From an uncultured Anaerolineaceae bacterium (GTDB lineage: Bacteria > Chloroflexota > Anaerolineae > Anaerolineales > E44-bin32), in the NCBI GenBank assembly GCA_964388955.1, contig CAYMCO010000001.1:66951-130950 (forward strand): a DNA stretch of 64,000 nt. Reading direction: 5' to 3'. Below the pieces are notes generated by a model. It had not been told where the DNA came from. It ran no database searches and saw only the letters and a list, made by a program, of their open reading frames with translations. Positions 9,376 through 22,423 of this stretch are shown piece after piece (position 1 is the first letter of the stretch; the number at the start of each line of letters is the position of its first letter). A program made the translations under genes and the position numbers.

Positions 9376-10172
9376 TCCGGCAGTCTACCAATCTGGAACC
9401 GATACTTGAAGGACGCAACATTAGCAAGCATTTCGGTGGATTAAGAGCCCTTAGTCACGTTGACTTCATAATCTATCCTGGCGAGATTGCTGGCCTAATC
9501 GGACCCAATGGTAGCGGGAAGACAACCTTGGTCGACTGTCTCAGTCGCATGCAAGATGTCAGTCAGGGGTGGGTCAAGTTCAAGGGGACCGAGATTACGA
9601 GAAAGAGAGCGTACCGAGTTGCACACATGGGCTTGGCCCGCACTTTCCAAGTAGTCCGCGTGTATCGAGAGATGACCGTACTTGAGAATGTGCTGCTTAG
9701 CAGACAATGGCGGGGAGAGGGACTACTCGCTCAGTTGCAGAAGAGTACGGTTGAAGTAGAAGGACAGGCAAAAGAAATCCTTCAATTCTTGGCTCTTGCG
9801 GATTTGATGGGGGAACAGGCAGGCAATCTATCTGTCGGACAACAACGGTTGCTGGAAATTGGTATGGCCCTTATGCCGAAGCCAGACTTGATCTTCTTTG
9901 ATGAGGCGACGGCAGGCATCAATCCGAGACTAATCACGAAGATTAAGGACCGCATTCGGGACCTCAATCAGGAATCCGGCACGACAATCGTATTAATTGA
10001 ACATAATATGAATGCCATCGCAGATCTTTGTGACCGTATCTATGTGCTGAACCAGGGCGAAAAGCTTGCCGAGGGTACTCCAGAAGCGGTTTTCAGCGAT
10101 GAGAGAGTCATTGAGGCATACTTGGGGTCACGTATCGCAGCACCAGGGATTGGCAACAATGAGGAACCTTGA
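9372..10172 (+). CDS. ABC transporter ATP-binding protein (LivG-like)
   Basis: Walker A GPNGSGKTT, signature LSVGQQRLLEIG, Walker B LIFFDE. Confidence 0.9.
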   Translation: MIRQSTNLEPILEGRNISKHFGGLRALSHVDFIIYPGEIAGLIGPNGSGKTTLVDCLSRMQDVSQGWVKFKGTEITRKRAYRVAHMGLARTFQVVRVYREMTVLENVLLSRQWRGEGLLAQLQKSTVEVEGQAKEILQFLALADLMGEQAGNLSVGQQRLLEIGMALMPKPDLIFFDEATAGINPRLITKIKDRIRDLNQESGTTIVLIEHNMNAIADLCDRIYVLNQGEKLAEGTPEAVFSDERVIEAYLGSRIAAPGIGNNEEP

Positions 10173-10923
10173 AGCGATATTGCGCGTGGAAAATATCCAT
10201 GCGGGTTATCAAGGTTACGACATTCTTAAAGGAATAAGCTTCCAGGTCGATTCAGAAGAGATCGTATGTGTGATCGGGCCGAACGGTGCTGGCAAATCAA
10301 CAATCTTCAATGCGCTATATGGCTTGATTAGGATACGGTCAGGACATATCTGGTTTGACGGGCAAGAGGTAACTGGCTTCCGTCCACAGGAAATGCTCTA
10401 TACGGGAATTTCCATGGTCGCCCAGTGGAGAAGTCTGTTTCCCCAGATGACGGTCTATGAAAACCTTGAATTGGGCATGTACACTTCAAGAGACAAGAAA
10501 AGAGTCAAGAGGCGGATCGAAGATCTATTTTCGCGATTTCCAATACTTGAGAACCGGGCCAGCCAAAAGGCCGGGACGCTCAGTGGAGGTGAACAACGCA
10601 TGCTAGAGATAGGGAGGGCGCTCTTGCTGAGGCCAAAGCTCCTCTTGATCGATGAGCCATCCGCTGGGCTTGCTCCCCTTGCGACGGATAATATCTATGG
10701 AAAGTTGACCTCCATGAACAGGGATTACGGGTTGACGATCTTGATGATTGAGCAAAATGCCAGACGGGGGTTAGAAATAAGCGATAGGGGGTACGTTCTT
10801 GATTTGGGTCGGATAATATACGAAGGCAGCGCAAGAGATCTGATAACTGACCCTGAAGTGCGGCGGTTATTCTTGGGCGGCGCCAGTCAATCGCATATTA
10901 AGCGAGAGTCACATGTTTCGTGA
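10159..10923 (+). CDS. ABC transporter ATP-binding protein (LivF-like)
   Basis: Walker A GPNGAGKST, signature LSGGEQRMLEIG, Walker B LLLIDEPS. Start placed at ATG 10159 (MRNLEAILRVENIHAGY) rather than the longer ORF-track start at 10066. Confidence 0.9.
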   Translation: MRNLEAILRVENIHAGYQGYDILKGISFQVDSEEIVCVIGPNGAGKSTIFNALYGLIRIRSGHIWFDGQEVTGFRPQEMLYTGISMVAQWRSLFPQMTVYENLELGMYTSRDKKRVKRRIEDLFSRFPILENRASQKAGTLSGGEQRMLEIGRALLLRPKLLLIDEPSAGLAPLATDNIYGKLTSMNRDYGLTILMIEQNARRGLEISDRGYVLDLGRIIYEGSARDLITDPEVRRLFLGGASQSHIKRESHVS

Positions 10924-11254
10924 TCGGGCGATCTGGATCTTTCGGCCACAATGTTCGTATCGATGAGATCAAGATACGGACGTGTATGTGTGTGGCATCG
11001 CCATTCAGGACTAGCGATAGCATTGAATACAAGAAATCTCCGCAAGCATGTGATCGTGACCAGCTAGCCTTCTGCCATCTTGCACATCCCCCAGTATGCG
11101 AGAAATCCTGCGGTGGAGAGAGGATACTTAGGGTTTTGGCAGTCGAATTCCAAAGCCTTATCTGGGCTGTTAAGGTATCTCCCCTCTCCAGGAGAATCGC
11201 CTACCTTGGTCCGTCCTGTCCACAGTTTCTATCCAGGCGTAAGCGCTCATCGCC

Positions 11255-11274
11255 CGAACTGCACCGAACTGCGC
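11255..11274 (+). repeat. Tandem direct repeat CGAACTGCAC / CGAACTGCGC
   Basis: Two adjacent 10-mers differing at one position. They occupy the same relative position (repeat, hairpin, ~48 nt, tRNA 3' half) as 2330-2351. Confidence 0.55.
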
Positions 11275-11284
11275 CGGAAAGGGA

Positions 11285-11307
11285 GCACCCATCAGCAGGA
11301 TGGGTGC
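11285..11307 (-). terminator. Hairpin GCACCCATC-agcag-GATGGGTGC downstream of tRNA-Arg
   Basis: 9-bp stem, 49 nt past the tRNA 3' end on the minus strand, followed there by TCCCTTTCC. The stem is nearly identical to 2358-2384. Confidence 0.5.
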
Positions 11308-11355
11308 AAATAGCGGAGAATATGGTGATTTCTTTCTACAATATCGCCAGATCTC

Positions 11356-11431
11356 TGGCGCGCCCGGAGGGACTCGAACCCCCAGCCTACTGATTCGAAG
11401 TCAGGCGCTCTATCCATTGAGCTACGGGCGC
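11356..11431 (-). tRNA. tRNA-Arg (anticodon TCG)
   Basis: The reverse complement reads GCGCCCGTAGCTCAATGGATAGAGCGCCTGACTTCGAATCAGTAGGCTGGGGGTTCGAGTCCCTCCGGGCGCGCCA. It has a 7-bp acceptor stem GCGCCCG/CGGGCGC, D arm GCTC/GAGC, anticodon loop CTTCGAA, T arm GGGGG-TTCGAGT-CCCTC and an encoded CCA. 76 nt. Confidence 0.93.
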
Positions 11432-11444
11432 GATTACGGGCGGA

Positions 11445-11450
11445 ATTATA
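11445..11450 (-). promoter_or_regulatory. Candidate -10 box (TATAAT) for tRNA-Arg
   Basis: A perfect TATAAT on the minus strand, 13 nt upstream of the tRNA 5' end. No well-spaced -35 box was found. Confidence 0.3.
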
Positions 11451-11524
11451 CCGCGAATCCCCCCTAGACCTGCCCGGGCAACGCGCTGAGGCGGGCGCGG
11501 AATGGTGCCCGATGCGTCGAGAAC

Positions 11525-11836
11525 CTATTCGGGCCTCGATCCATCGGCGGCATCAGCTCCGGAGATCTGCCGGGTGCTGCCGGCGGCCTCTGGCCTCCCA
11601 GCACGGCGGGGCGCGCACATGCCTGGGCTGCCAAAGGCCAGGCGAAAGCGCCCGACTTGGCGCTCGATGTCGTGGAGCATGGCTTGGTAACGCAGCAGAT
11701 CCTCGGCTTTCATGTGTCGAGGGTACGCGGCGGGGCCGCTCGTGTCCATCCCTTGGGCGGGGGATTTCTCGGCTCCCCCTCCGGGGGAATGGGCTCCAGA
11801 AAACTGCGCATAGCCATTGCAGGCGGACGGCGGCAT
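11525..11836 (-). CDS. Possible small hypothetical protein (103 aa)
   Basis: ATG-initiated tail of a long high-GC ORF. Only the segment HMKAEDLLRYQAMLHDIERQVGRFRLAF looks protein-like. No family recognised. Confidence 0.2.
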   Translation of the reverse strand: MPPSACNGYAQFSGAHSPGGGAEKSPAQGMDTSGPAAYPRHMKAEDLLRYQAMLHDIERQVGRFRLAFGSPGMCAPRRAGRPEAAGSTRQISGADAADGSRPE

Positions 11837-12145
11837 GCTCACGCCGGTGTGCAATCCCACGCGATCGGCGGATAATCTCAGGGCGTGGCATGACGCAGCG
11901 CATAGGCGGTGGAGCGATCCCTCTCCCCGAAGGACGAGCAGAAGCCTCCGCTCCAAACCAGATGGACTCGCTCCCCGGGAGAGGCCCGTCAAGCGGCGAC
12001 AGGGGGCCCTCGCGGCACAGAGTCGCGGATGCACCATCAGCGGCCATTCTATCGACGATGCGGCCAGAGCATAGTAGACTAGCAGGATCTTGCGTGGGGC
12101 CGAGCAGCGGAGCATGCATCGCAGCACAGGAAGCATCGCAGCCAA

Positions 12146-13060
12146 ATGAATGATCCCCGGATCCTCCCCTTTGTCGCCCTGCAGGGCTTGATATTCGGTT
12201 CTTCTATGGTGGTATCGCGCTTCGTCCTGGGGCAGTTTGACCCACGTGCCTACGTGAGCCTGCGGTTGATCATCGCCGGCCTGGCGCACGCATCCGTCTA
12301 CGGGGCGCTGCGATCGCGACGGTTCCCGCGCGATCCGGTGCTGTGGCGGCGGGCCGGGCTCCTGGGGATCCTGGGCCCCGCCATGTCCACGGTCTGCGTG
12401 GTGAGCTCGATGCAATACATGGCCAGCAGCGTGGCATCTTTGCTCATCACTCTGAACCCGGCGTTGGTGGTTATCATGTCCCACTTCTTCTTGGCGGAAG
12501 AACGGCTGACCGCTCGGAGGATCATAGGGGTGCTTGTGGCCTTCGCGGGGGCGGCCGTTCTGCTGATCCAAGGGGAGACCGGCCTGGGGCAGTTTGCCCA
12601 GGCGGATTGGCGAGGGTACGCCTGGATCCTCGCCGGGATGGTCTGCGGCGCCGCCGGCTCTGTGTACGCACACCGCCATTTGCGGGGTGCAGATTCTTTC
12701 GACGTGGCCAGCATCCGCATGTTTACGGCCGCGCTGGCGTTGATTCCCGTCACCCTGCTTACGGTCGGATACGACCTCTCCCGCCTGCAGGTGAGCGGAG
12801 TTGTGGCTCTGGCCTACGGCGCCATCGTGGGGGCCTTTGCGGCCTTTGTATTGGCGTTCTACACCCTCAAGCGCTTCGGCGCGCCGGGCCAGTCCTTATC
12901 GTCCTATATCATTCCTGTGGTGACCGCCGTGCTCGGAGTGGTATTCCTCGGCGAGCAGGTCACGGGTGCGATGATACTGAGCACGGGATTGATATTCTTG
13001 GGCATCGCGCTGCTCAATTACCGCCCCCGAATGCCCCGAGAGGGGCAGATTCGAGCCTGA
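12146..13060 (+). CDS. DMT-superfamily (EamA-like) transporter
   Basis: 304 aa, about 10 hydrophobic segments in two repeated halves. Confidence 0.8.
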   Translation: MNDPRILPFVALQGLIFGSSMVVSRFVLGQFDPRAYVSLRLIIAGLAHASVYGALRSRRFPRDPVLWRRAGLLGILGPAMSTVCVVSSMQYMASSVASLLITLNPALVVIMSHFFLAEERLTARRIIGVLVAFAGAAVLLIQGETGLGQFAQADWRGYAWILAGMVCGAAGSVYAHRHLRGADSFDVASIRMFTAALALIPVTLLTVGYDLSRLQVSGVVALAYGAIVGAFAAFVLAFYTLKRFGAPGQSLSSYIIPVVTAVLGVVFLGEQVTGAMILSTGLIFLGIALLNYRPRMPREGQIRA

Positions 13061-13205
13061 CCCGGCTGTGAATGCTGGCTCCGTCATCAGCGTGCCAGGC
13101 CCAATCCCAATCCTGCGCCCATCCCCTTTCCTGGGAGATGGAATCGACGATGCCCGTTTCCGGGCGAACGGGTATTTGCGGGTAGAATGATGCGGAGGGT
13201 TCGCC

Positions 13206-13604
13206 ATGGACAGCATCCAGATTCCCACCCAGTCTCAGCAGGAGCTGCGGGAGATCACCGCACAGGTGCGCGATTTCGTCGCCACCTCGGGGGCAAACAG
13301 CGGCGTGGTAGTCGTATTTGTGCCCCACACCACTGCGGGGATCACGCTGAATGAGAACTATGACCCCAATGTGCAACGGGATATGCTGGCCGATCTGGAC
13401 CGGCTTCTCCCGCGACGGCAGGAATATTACCGGCACGCAGAGGGCAACAGCGCCGCCCACCTCAAGACGAGCCTTATGGGCTCCTCAGTCCAGGTCCCGG
13501 TGCGGAATGGGGAACTGCTGTTGGGCACATGGCAAGGGGTGTTTCTATGTGAGTTTGATGGGCCGCGTTTGCGGCGGGTGCATATGTTGATGAAGGAAGG
13601 GTAG
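13206..13604 (+). CDS. YjbQ/UPF0047 family protein (secondary thiamine-phosphate synthase-like)
   Basis: 132 aa. Family-typical blocks VFVPHTTAGITLNENYDPNV and EGNSAAHLKTSLMG. Confidence 0.85.
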   Translation: MDSIQIPTQSQQELREITAQVRDFVATSGANSGVVVVFVPHTTAGITLNENYDPNVQRDMLADLDRLLPRRQEYYRHAEGNSAAHLKTSLMGSSVQVPVRNGELLLGTWQGVFLCEFDGPRLRRVHMLMKEG

Positions 13605-13611
13605 GGGAGCG

Positions 13612-14196
13612 ATGGCAAACCGCGAGCTGGGACGGCTGGAGGCGCTCCGCGAGACCAAGGCCGCGCTGGGCCAGGAACCGCTGTTTCTGGATACCGAGAC
13701 CACGGGGCTCGGAGCCAGGGATGAGATTGTGGAGATCTGCATTCTGGATTCGAGTGGGGAAGTCTTGATGAACCGGTTGGTGAAGCCGAAGCGCCGCATC
13801 CCCCTTGATGCCACGCGTGTGCATGGCATCACCGACGCTCACGTTGCCGAGGCGCCGGCCTGGCCGGAAGTGTACCCGCAGGTGCAGGAACTCTTGAAGG
13901 GTCGATTGGTGGCGGCCTATAATGCCGATTTCGACCGGCGCATGTTGGTGCAGACCAACCTCAGTCACCGTGTCGGCCTCCTGCCCAGAGAGGTGCAGTG
14001 GTTCTGCATCATGAAGGCCTACGCCAAATTCCACGGGCAGTGGGATCCTTCCCGGCGCTCCTACCGCTGGCAATCTCTGGAGCAGGCAGGCCGACAGTGT
14101 GGCCTCCGGCTGCCGAATTCCCACCGGGCGCAGGTGGACACATTCCTGGCGAAGGCGGTTTTCGAACATATGGCCGGGAGGTCCGGATGGGAATGA
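13612..14196 (+). CDS. DEDDh 3'-5' exonuclease (DnaQ-like domain)
   Basis: Exo I LFLDTETTG, Exo II AAYNADFD, Exo III HRAQVD (H-x4-D). Confidence 0.85.
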   Translation: MANRELGRLEALRETKAALGQEPLFLDTETTGLGARDEIVEICILDSSGEVLMNRLVKPKRRIPLDATRVHGITDAHVAEAPAWPEVYPQVQELLKGRLVAAYNADFDRRMLVQTNLSHRVGLLPREVQWFCIMKAYAKFHGQWDPSRRSYRWQSLEQAGRQCGLRLPNSHRAQVDTFLAKAVFEHMAGRSGWE

Positions 14197-14214
14197 GCTA
14201 TCCCCCCCTGTCCC

Positions 14215-15156
14215 ATGGCGGTCCGGGGCGTGGGATCGCCGCCCATCATGGCCCCGGAGACCAGACGCTTGGGTGAACTGAGTGCGCTGGGGGCGGCCCT
14301 GATGTGGGCGCTGACCTCGGTTTTCTTCACGCTGGCAGGACGAAAAGTTGGGTCGATGGTGGTCAATCGGGGCCGGCTGATGATCGCCGTGCTTCTGTTG
14401 TCGGCCACACATCTGGCCCTGCAAGGGACACCGATTCCACTCGGGGCGAGTTCCGAGCGATGGCTTTGGTTGTCGCTCTCCGGCGTGATCGGCTTGGTGA
14501 TCGGCGATGCGCTGCTCTTCCAGGCTTTCGTCCTCGTTGGCGCTCGCATCTCTATGCTGCTCATGGCCCTGGTGCCGGTGATCAGCACGCTGGTGGCCTG
14601 GTTCGCGCTGGGGGAGCATCTGCGCCTGATCGAATTGCTCGCCATCGCGGTGACCGTGGGGGGAATCGCCTGGGTTGTCTTGGAGCGTGGGACACCGGGC
14701 GAGGTGCGGCACGACCGGGATTACCTGAACGGCTTGTTGGCCGGGGCCGGCGGGGCTCTTGGGCAAGCCCTTGGGTTGGTTACATCGAAACAGGGGCTGC
14801 TGGGAGATTTCCCCGTGATCTCAGGCGTGCTCATCCGCACCCTGGCGGCAGTGGTGGTCATCTGGCTCTGGGCCGCGCTGCAGGGGAAGGTGGGCAAGTC
14901 CTTGCGGGCACTCGGCGACTGGGGTGTGCTGCGGGACGTTCTTGGGGGCAGCTTCGTTGGCCCCTATGTGGGGGTATGGCTGTCGCTCGTCGCCCTTCGG
15001 TGGGCGCCGGTGGGAATCGCCTCGACTCTGATGGCGCTCGCCCCGATATTCTTGTTGCCTATGGAGCGCTGGATATTCCGCGGCCGAGTGACGCGGCGGG
15101 CGGTGATCGGCACGACGGTGAGCATGGTCGGCGTGGCGTTGATATTTATGAGTTGA
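14215..15156 (+). CDS. DMT-superfamily (EamA-like) transporter
   Basis: 313 aa, multi-TM, two EamA-like halves. The start may be the downstream Met at 14248. Confidence 0.8.
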   Translation: MAVRGVGSPPIMAPETRRLGELSALGAALMWALTSVFFTLAGRKVGSMVVNRGRLMIAVLLLSATHLALQGTPIPLGASSERWLWLSLSGVIGLVIGDALLFQAFVLVGARISMLLMALVPVISTLVAWFALGEHLRLIELLAIAVTVGGIAWVVLERGTPGEVRHDRDYLNGLLAGAGGALGQALGLVTSKQGLLGDFPVISGVLIRTLAAVVVIWLWAALQGKVGKSLRALGDWGVLRDVLGGSFVGPYVGVWLSLVALRWAPVGIASTLMALAPIFLLPMERWIFRGRVTRRAVIGTTVSMVGVALIFMS

Positions 15157-15515
15157 ACCCGCCGGACCGCAATCCATGGCATTCGAACTCTGCCCCGCAA
15201 CCCACAACCTCGGGATGGGGGAGTGCATCCGGCCAATTATCCCGAACGCATGAATCTGCTGTCTGAGATGCGCTGCGGGAGCGATGCTGCCTTGTCATCT
15301 GGGGGCCTCTGCTCCAGCCAGATCTGGTCCCAGGCTAGGAGAAGGCGCTGCCTTCGCCTACCCGTGTGCCACCCCCAACTTCCGTCACGCCGGTGGGGAT
15401 CGGCCTGAGCTGGTCCGGCAGGGAGCAAAGGGGTGGCCTTTTGCCGGGCGTACGTGGGGAGAAGTCAATGGGCCCCGCCCGAAGGCGGAGCCCTTGATCG
15501 GCCGTGGCACGTCCC

Positions 15516-17300
<1,785 letters not shown>

Positions 17301-17460
17301 GTCAGCATCTCCTTCCGAATAGATTAGACTTGATCCAATGATCGAACTTTGACATTGAAAACCCAATTAAATAGTTTGCATCGAGTTAACGGATTCGGCA
17401 AGCGACGGCTTTCACAATCTCTTGCGCCATCTATAATGACTTGGCCGCTTTGAACATGCC

Positions 17461-17488
17461 TTGACGCGCGGCATGGGATAGCTACAAT
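17461..17488 (+). promoter_or_regulatory. Candidate sigma-70-type promoter (TTGACG - 16 nt - TACAAT)
   Basis: -35 box at 17461-17466 and -10 box at 17483-17488. It lies 26 nt upstream of the ATG at 17514, with a GGGAGGGAGAGGA RBS in between. Confidence 0.45.
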
Positions 17489-17513
17489 CTCTCGGGAGGG
17501 AGAGGACGGACGA

Positions 17514-18122
17514 ATGGCCAACTGGATCACATTGAGCCGCTTGCCGCTGCTCCTGCTGTATGTTTTGATGTTGTTCTTTGGAGAGGTGGGGCTCCAGCTT
17601 GCCGGAGTGCCGCTCATTCTGCTGCTCATGCTGATGGACAGCGTGGATGGCATTGTCGCGCGGCGGACGAATTCTACCAGCCTCATGGGCAGCGTCCTCG
17701 ACATCGCCGCGGATCGCACATATGAGTTGGTGCTCTGGGTGACATTCGCCAGCCTGCGATTGATTCCAGTGGCGATCCCCCTGATCGTGATCTCGCGCAC
17801 AACACTGACGGATGCGCTGCGCAGCGTGGGGGTGGGTCAGGGGGAGAGGGCCTTCGACCAGCATCGGTCTCGCTTGGGGAACTTCCTGGTCGCCTCCAAA
17901 TGGATGCGCAGCAGCTACGGCATCAGCAAGGCGCTTTCCTTTGCTGGGCTGAACCTGGGCCTGGCGCTGAGCAAATATCCGCCGGGGAGCCCATCCTTCT
18001 CGGCGGCCCCGGAAGTCCTGCGCGTGTTCGTCGCCCTTTCCTGGGTCTCGGTGGCCTTCTGTGTGCTGCGAGGACTGCCTGTGATCCTGGGCGCCATACG
18101 CCGTGCCCTGGAAACGGCCTGA
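17514..18122 (+). CDS. CDP-alcohol phosphatidyltransferase family protein
   Basis: Complete motif D-x2-DG-x2-AR-x8-G-x3-D-x3-D in MDSVDGIVARRTNSTSLMGSVLDIAADR; multi-TM. Confidence 0.9.
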   Translation: MANWITLSRLPLLLLYVLMLFFGEVGLQLAGVPLILLLMLMDSVDGIVARRTNSTSLMGSVLDIAADRTYELVLWVTFASLRLIPVAIPLIVISRTTLTDALRSVGVGQGERAFDQHRSRLGNFLVASKWMRSSYGISKALSFAGLNLGLALSKYPPGSPSFSAAPEVLRVFVALSWVSVAFCVLRGLPVILGAIRRALETA

Positions 18123-18140
18123 GATGATGAAGCGCGCAGC

Positions 18141-21090
<2,950 letters not shown>

Positions 21091-21235
21091 CCTGCGTCGT
21101 CCCGCTGGCACGGATCCCCGGGCGTTGGGAGGATCCCTCGTCCAGGCAAGCGGGTTCGGACCCGGCTCTCGGACAGCCCCCCCGAATGCAAACCGCGAGA
21201 AAAGAAACAGCCCACCCACCGCGGGAGGTAGAAGC

Positions 21236-22423
21236 ATGAAACGCGTGCAGCTCAAGCCAGGTCGGGAGAAGCCGCTGCTGCGATTCCATCCGTGGGTGTT
21301 TTCGGGAGCCATCCGTCACGTGGAAGGGGGGCCGTCTCCAGGAGAGACCGTGGACATTCTGAGCCACGATGGCCGTTGGCTCGCACGAGGGGCATATTCG
21401 CCCCGATCCCAAATCCGCGTGAGGGTGTGGACATGGGATGAGGCGGAGCAGGTGGATGGCGATCTTCTCGACCGGCGGCTCCGGGCGGCGCTTGCGCGGC
21501 GCAACGCATTAGAAGACGATCCTGACACAGATGGATATCGGGAGGTATACGCCGAGTCGGATGGCCTGCCCGGGTTGATTGTGGACCGGTATGGGTCTGT
21601 GCGCGTCGCCCAGCTGCTTTCCGTGGGCGCCGAGGTTTGGCGGGAGACCATCGCGGAGACATTGATGGCAGTGGGAGGGTGCCGGACGATTATCGAGCGC
21701 TCTGACGTAGGTGGTCGCCGCCTGGAGGGCCTGGAGCCGCGCGCAGGCATGTTGGCGGGTTCACCTCCCGAGGGCCCGATCGAGATTGTGGAGAACGGGC
21801 TGCGGTTCGAAGTGGACCTGCAGGGGGGGCAGAAGACAGGCTTCTACTTCGATCAGCGCGAAAACCGCCGCCTCATCGAAGGCCTCGAGGGGCCGGGGAG
21901 GGTGCTTGACTGCTTCTGTTACACGGGCGCCTTTTCGATGGGGGCCCTGCGAGCCGGCGCGGAGCACGTGCTCGCAATCGACGCCTCCGCCCCGGCGTTG
22001 GCCCTGGCGCGCAGGAACGCCGAGCTGAACGGATTCTCCCTTGCGCGCTTGGAACTGGATAAGGGAGATGTTTTTCGGGCACTCCGGCACCTGCGGGATC
22101 AAGGACGCCGCTTCGAGACGGTGATCCTGGATCCACCTTCCTTCGCCAACAATCCGGCGCAACAGCACAAGGCTTCTCGCGGATATAAGGACCTAAACAT
22201 GCTGGCGGCAGGCCTGCTGGCGGAGGGGGGCCGGCTGTTCACCTTTTCCTGTTCCGGTGGGGTCGGCCCGGAGTTGTTTCAGAAGATCGTCGCAGGCGCG
22301 GCGGCCGATGCGGGCATCACGCTGCAGGTGATCGCTTGGCCCGGTCAGCCGGCCGATCACCCGGTGGCGCTGAGCTTCCCCGAGGCGCGTTACCTGAAGG
22401 GGCTTGTCTGCAGGAAGATGTGA
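21236..22423 (+). CDS. rlmI: Class I SAM-dependent rRNA methyltransferase, RlmI-like (PUA + MTase)
   Basis: N-terminus KPGREKPLLRFHPWVFSGAI, SAM-binding VLDCFCYTGAFS and DPPSF motif. Start at ATG 21236, preceded by GGGAGG. Confidence 0.85.
   Translation: MKRVQLKPGREKPLLRFHPWVFSGAIRHVEGGPSPGETVDILSHDGRWLARGAYSPRSQIRVRVWTWDEAEQVDGDLLDRRLRAALARRNALEDDPDTDGYREVYAESDGLPGLIVDRYGSVRVAQLLSVGAEVWRETIAETLMAVGGCRTIIERSDVGGRRLEGLEPRAGMLAGSPPEGPIEIVENGLRFEVDLQGGQKTGFYFDQRENRRLIEGLEGPGRVLDCFCYTGAFSMGALRAGAEHVLAIDASAPALALARRNAELNGFSLARLELDKGDVFRALRHLRDQGRRFETVILDPPSFANNPAQQHKASRGYKDLNMLAAGLLAEGGRLFTFSCSGGVGPELFQKIVAGAAADAGITLQVIAWPGQPADHPVALSFPEARYLKGLVCRKM

Larger units (their letters stand above)
2432..11401. 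mobile_element. ~9-kb integrase-less genomic island bounded by direct repeats of the tRNA-Arg 3' half
   Basis: 45-nt direct repeats at both ends. The interior is visibly AT-richer than the flanks (judged by eye, not computed). Cargo is an accessory-type CoA-binding/GNAT pair plus an ABC importer, and about 1.2 kb at the left end is gene-poor. Confidence 0.55.

Noticed and set aside
11512-12679. Long overlapping ORFs (213 aa plus strand, 384 aa minus strand) next to tRNA-Arg
   Set aside because: Arg/Ala/Gly/Pro-rich in every frame, and the minus-strand ORF runs antisense into the EamA gene. Only its last 103 codons were kept, as a low-confidence small ORF. I considered a DUF5320-like reading of that tail but dropped it because the Gly-Arg-rich N-terminal hallmark is absent.
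13474-14766. 430-aa minus-strand ORF across the exonuclease and EamA genes
   Set aside because: It is antisense to two supported genes. His/Arg/Pro/Gln-rich, with no motifs.
17301-17513. ZTP/pfl-type riboswitch upstream of fhs
   Set aside because: fhs is a common ZTP-riboswitch target, but the ~100-nt AT-rich leader lacks the GGGTCGTGACTGGCG and CCGCCTGGGC-type elements.
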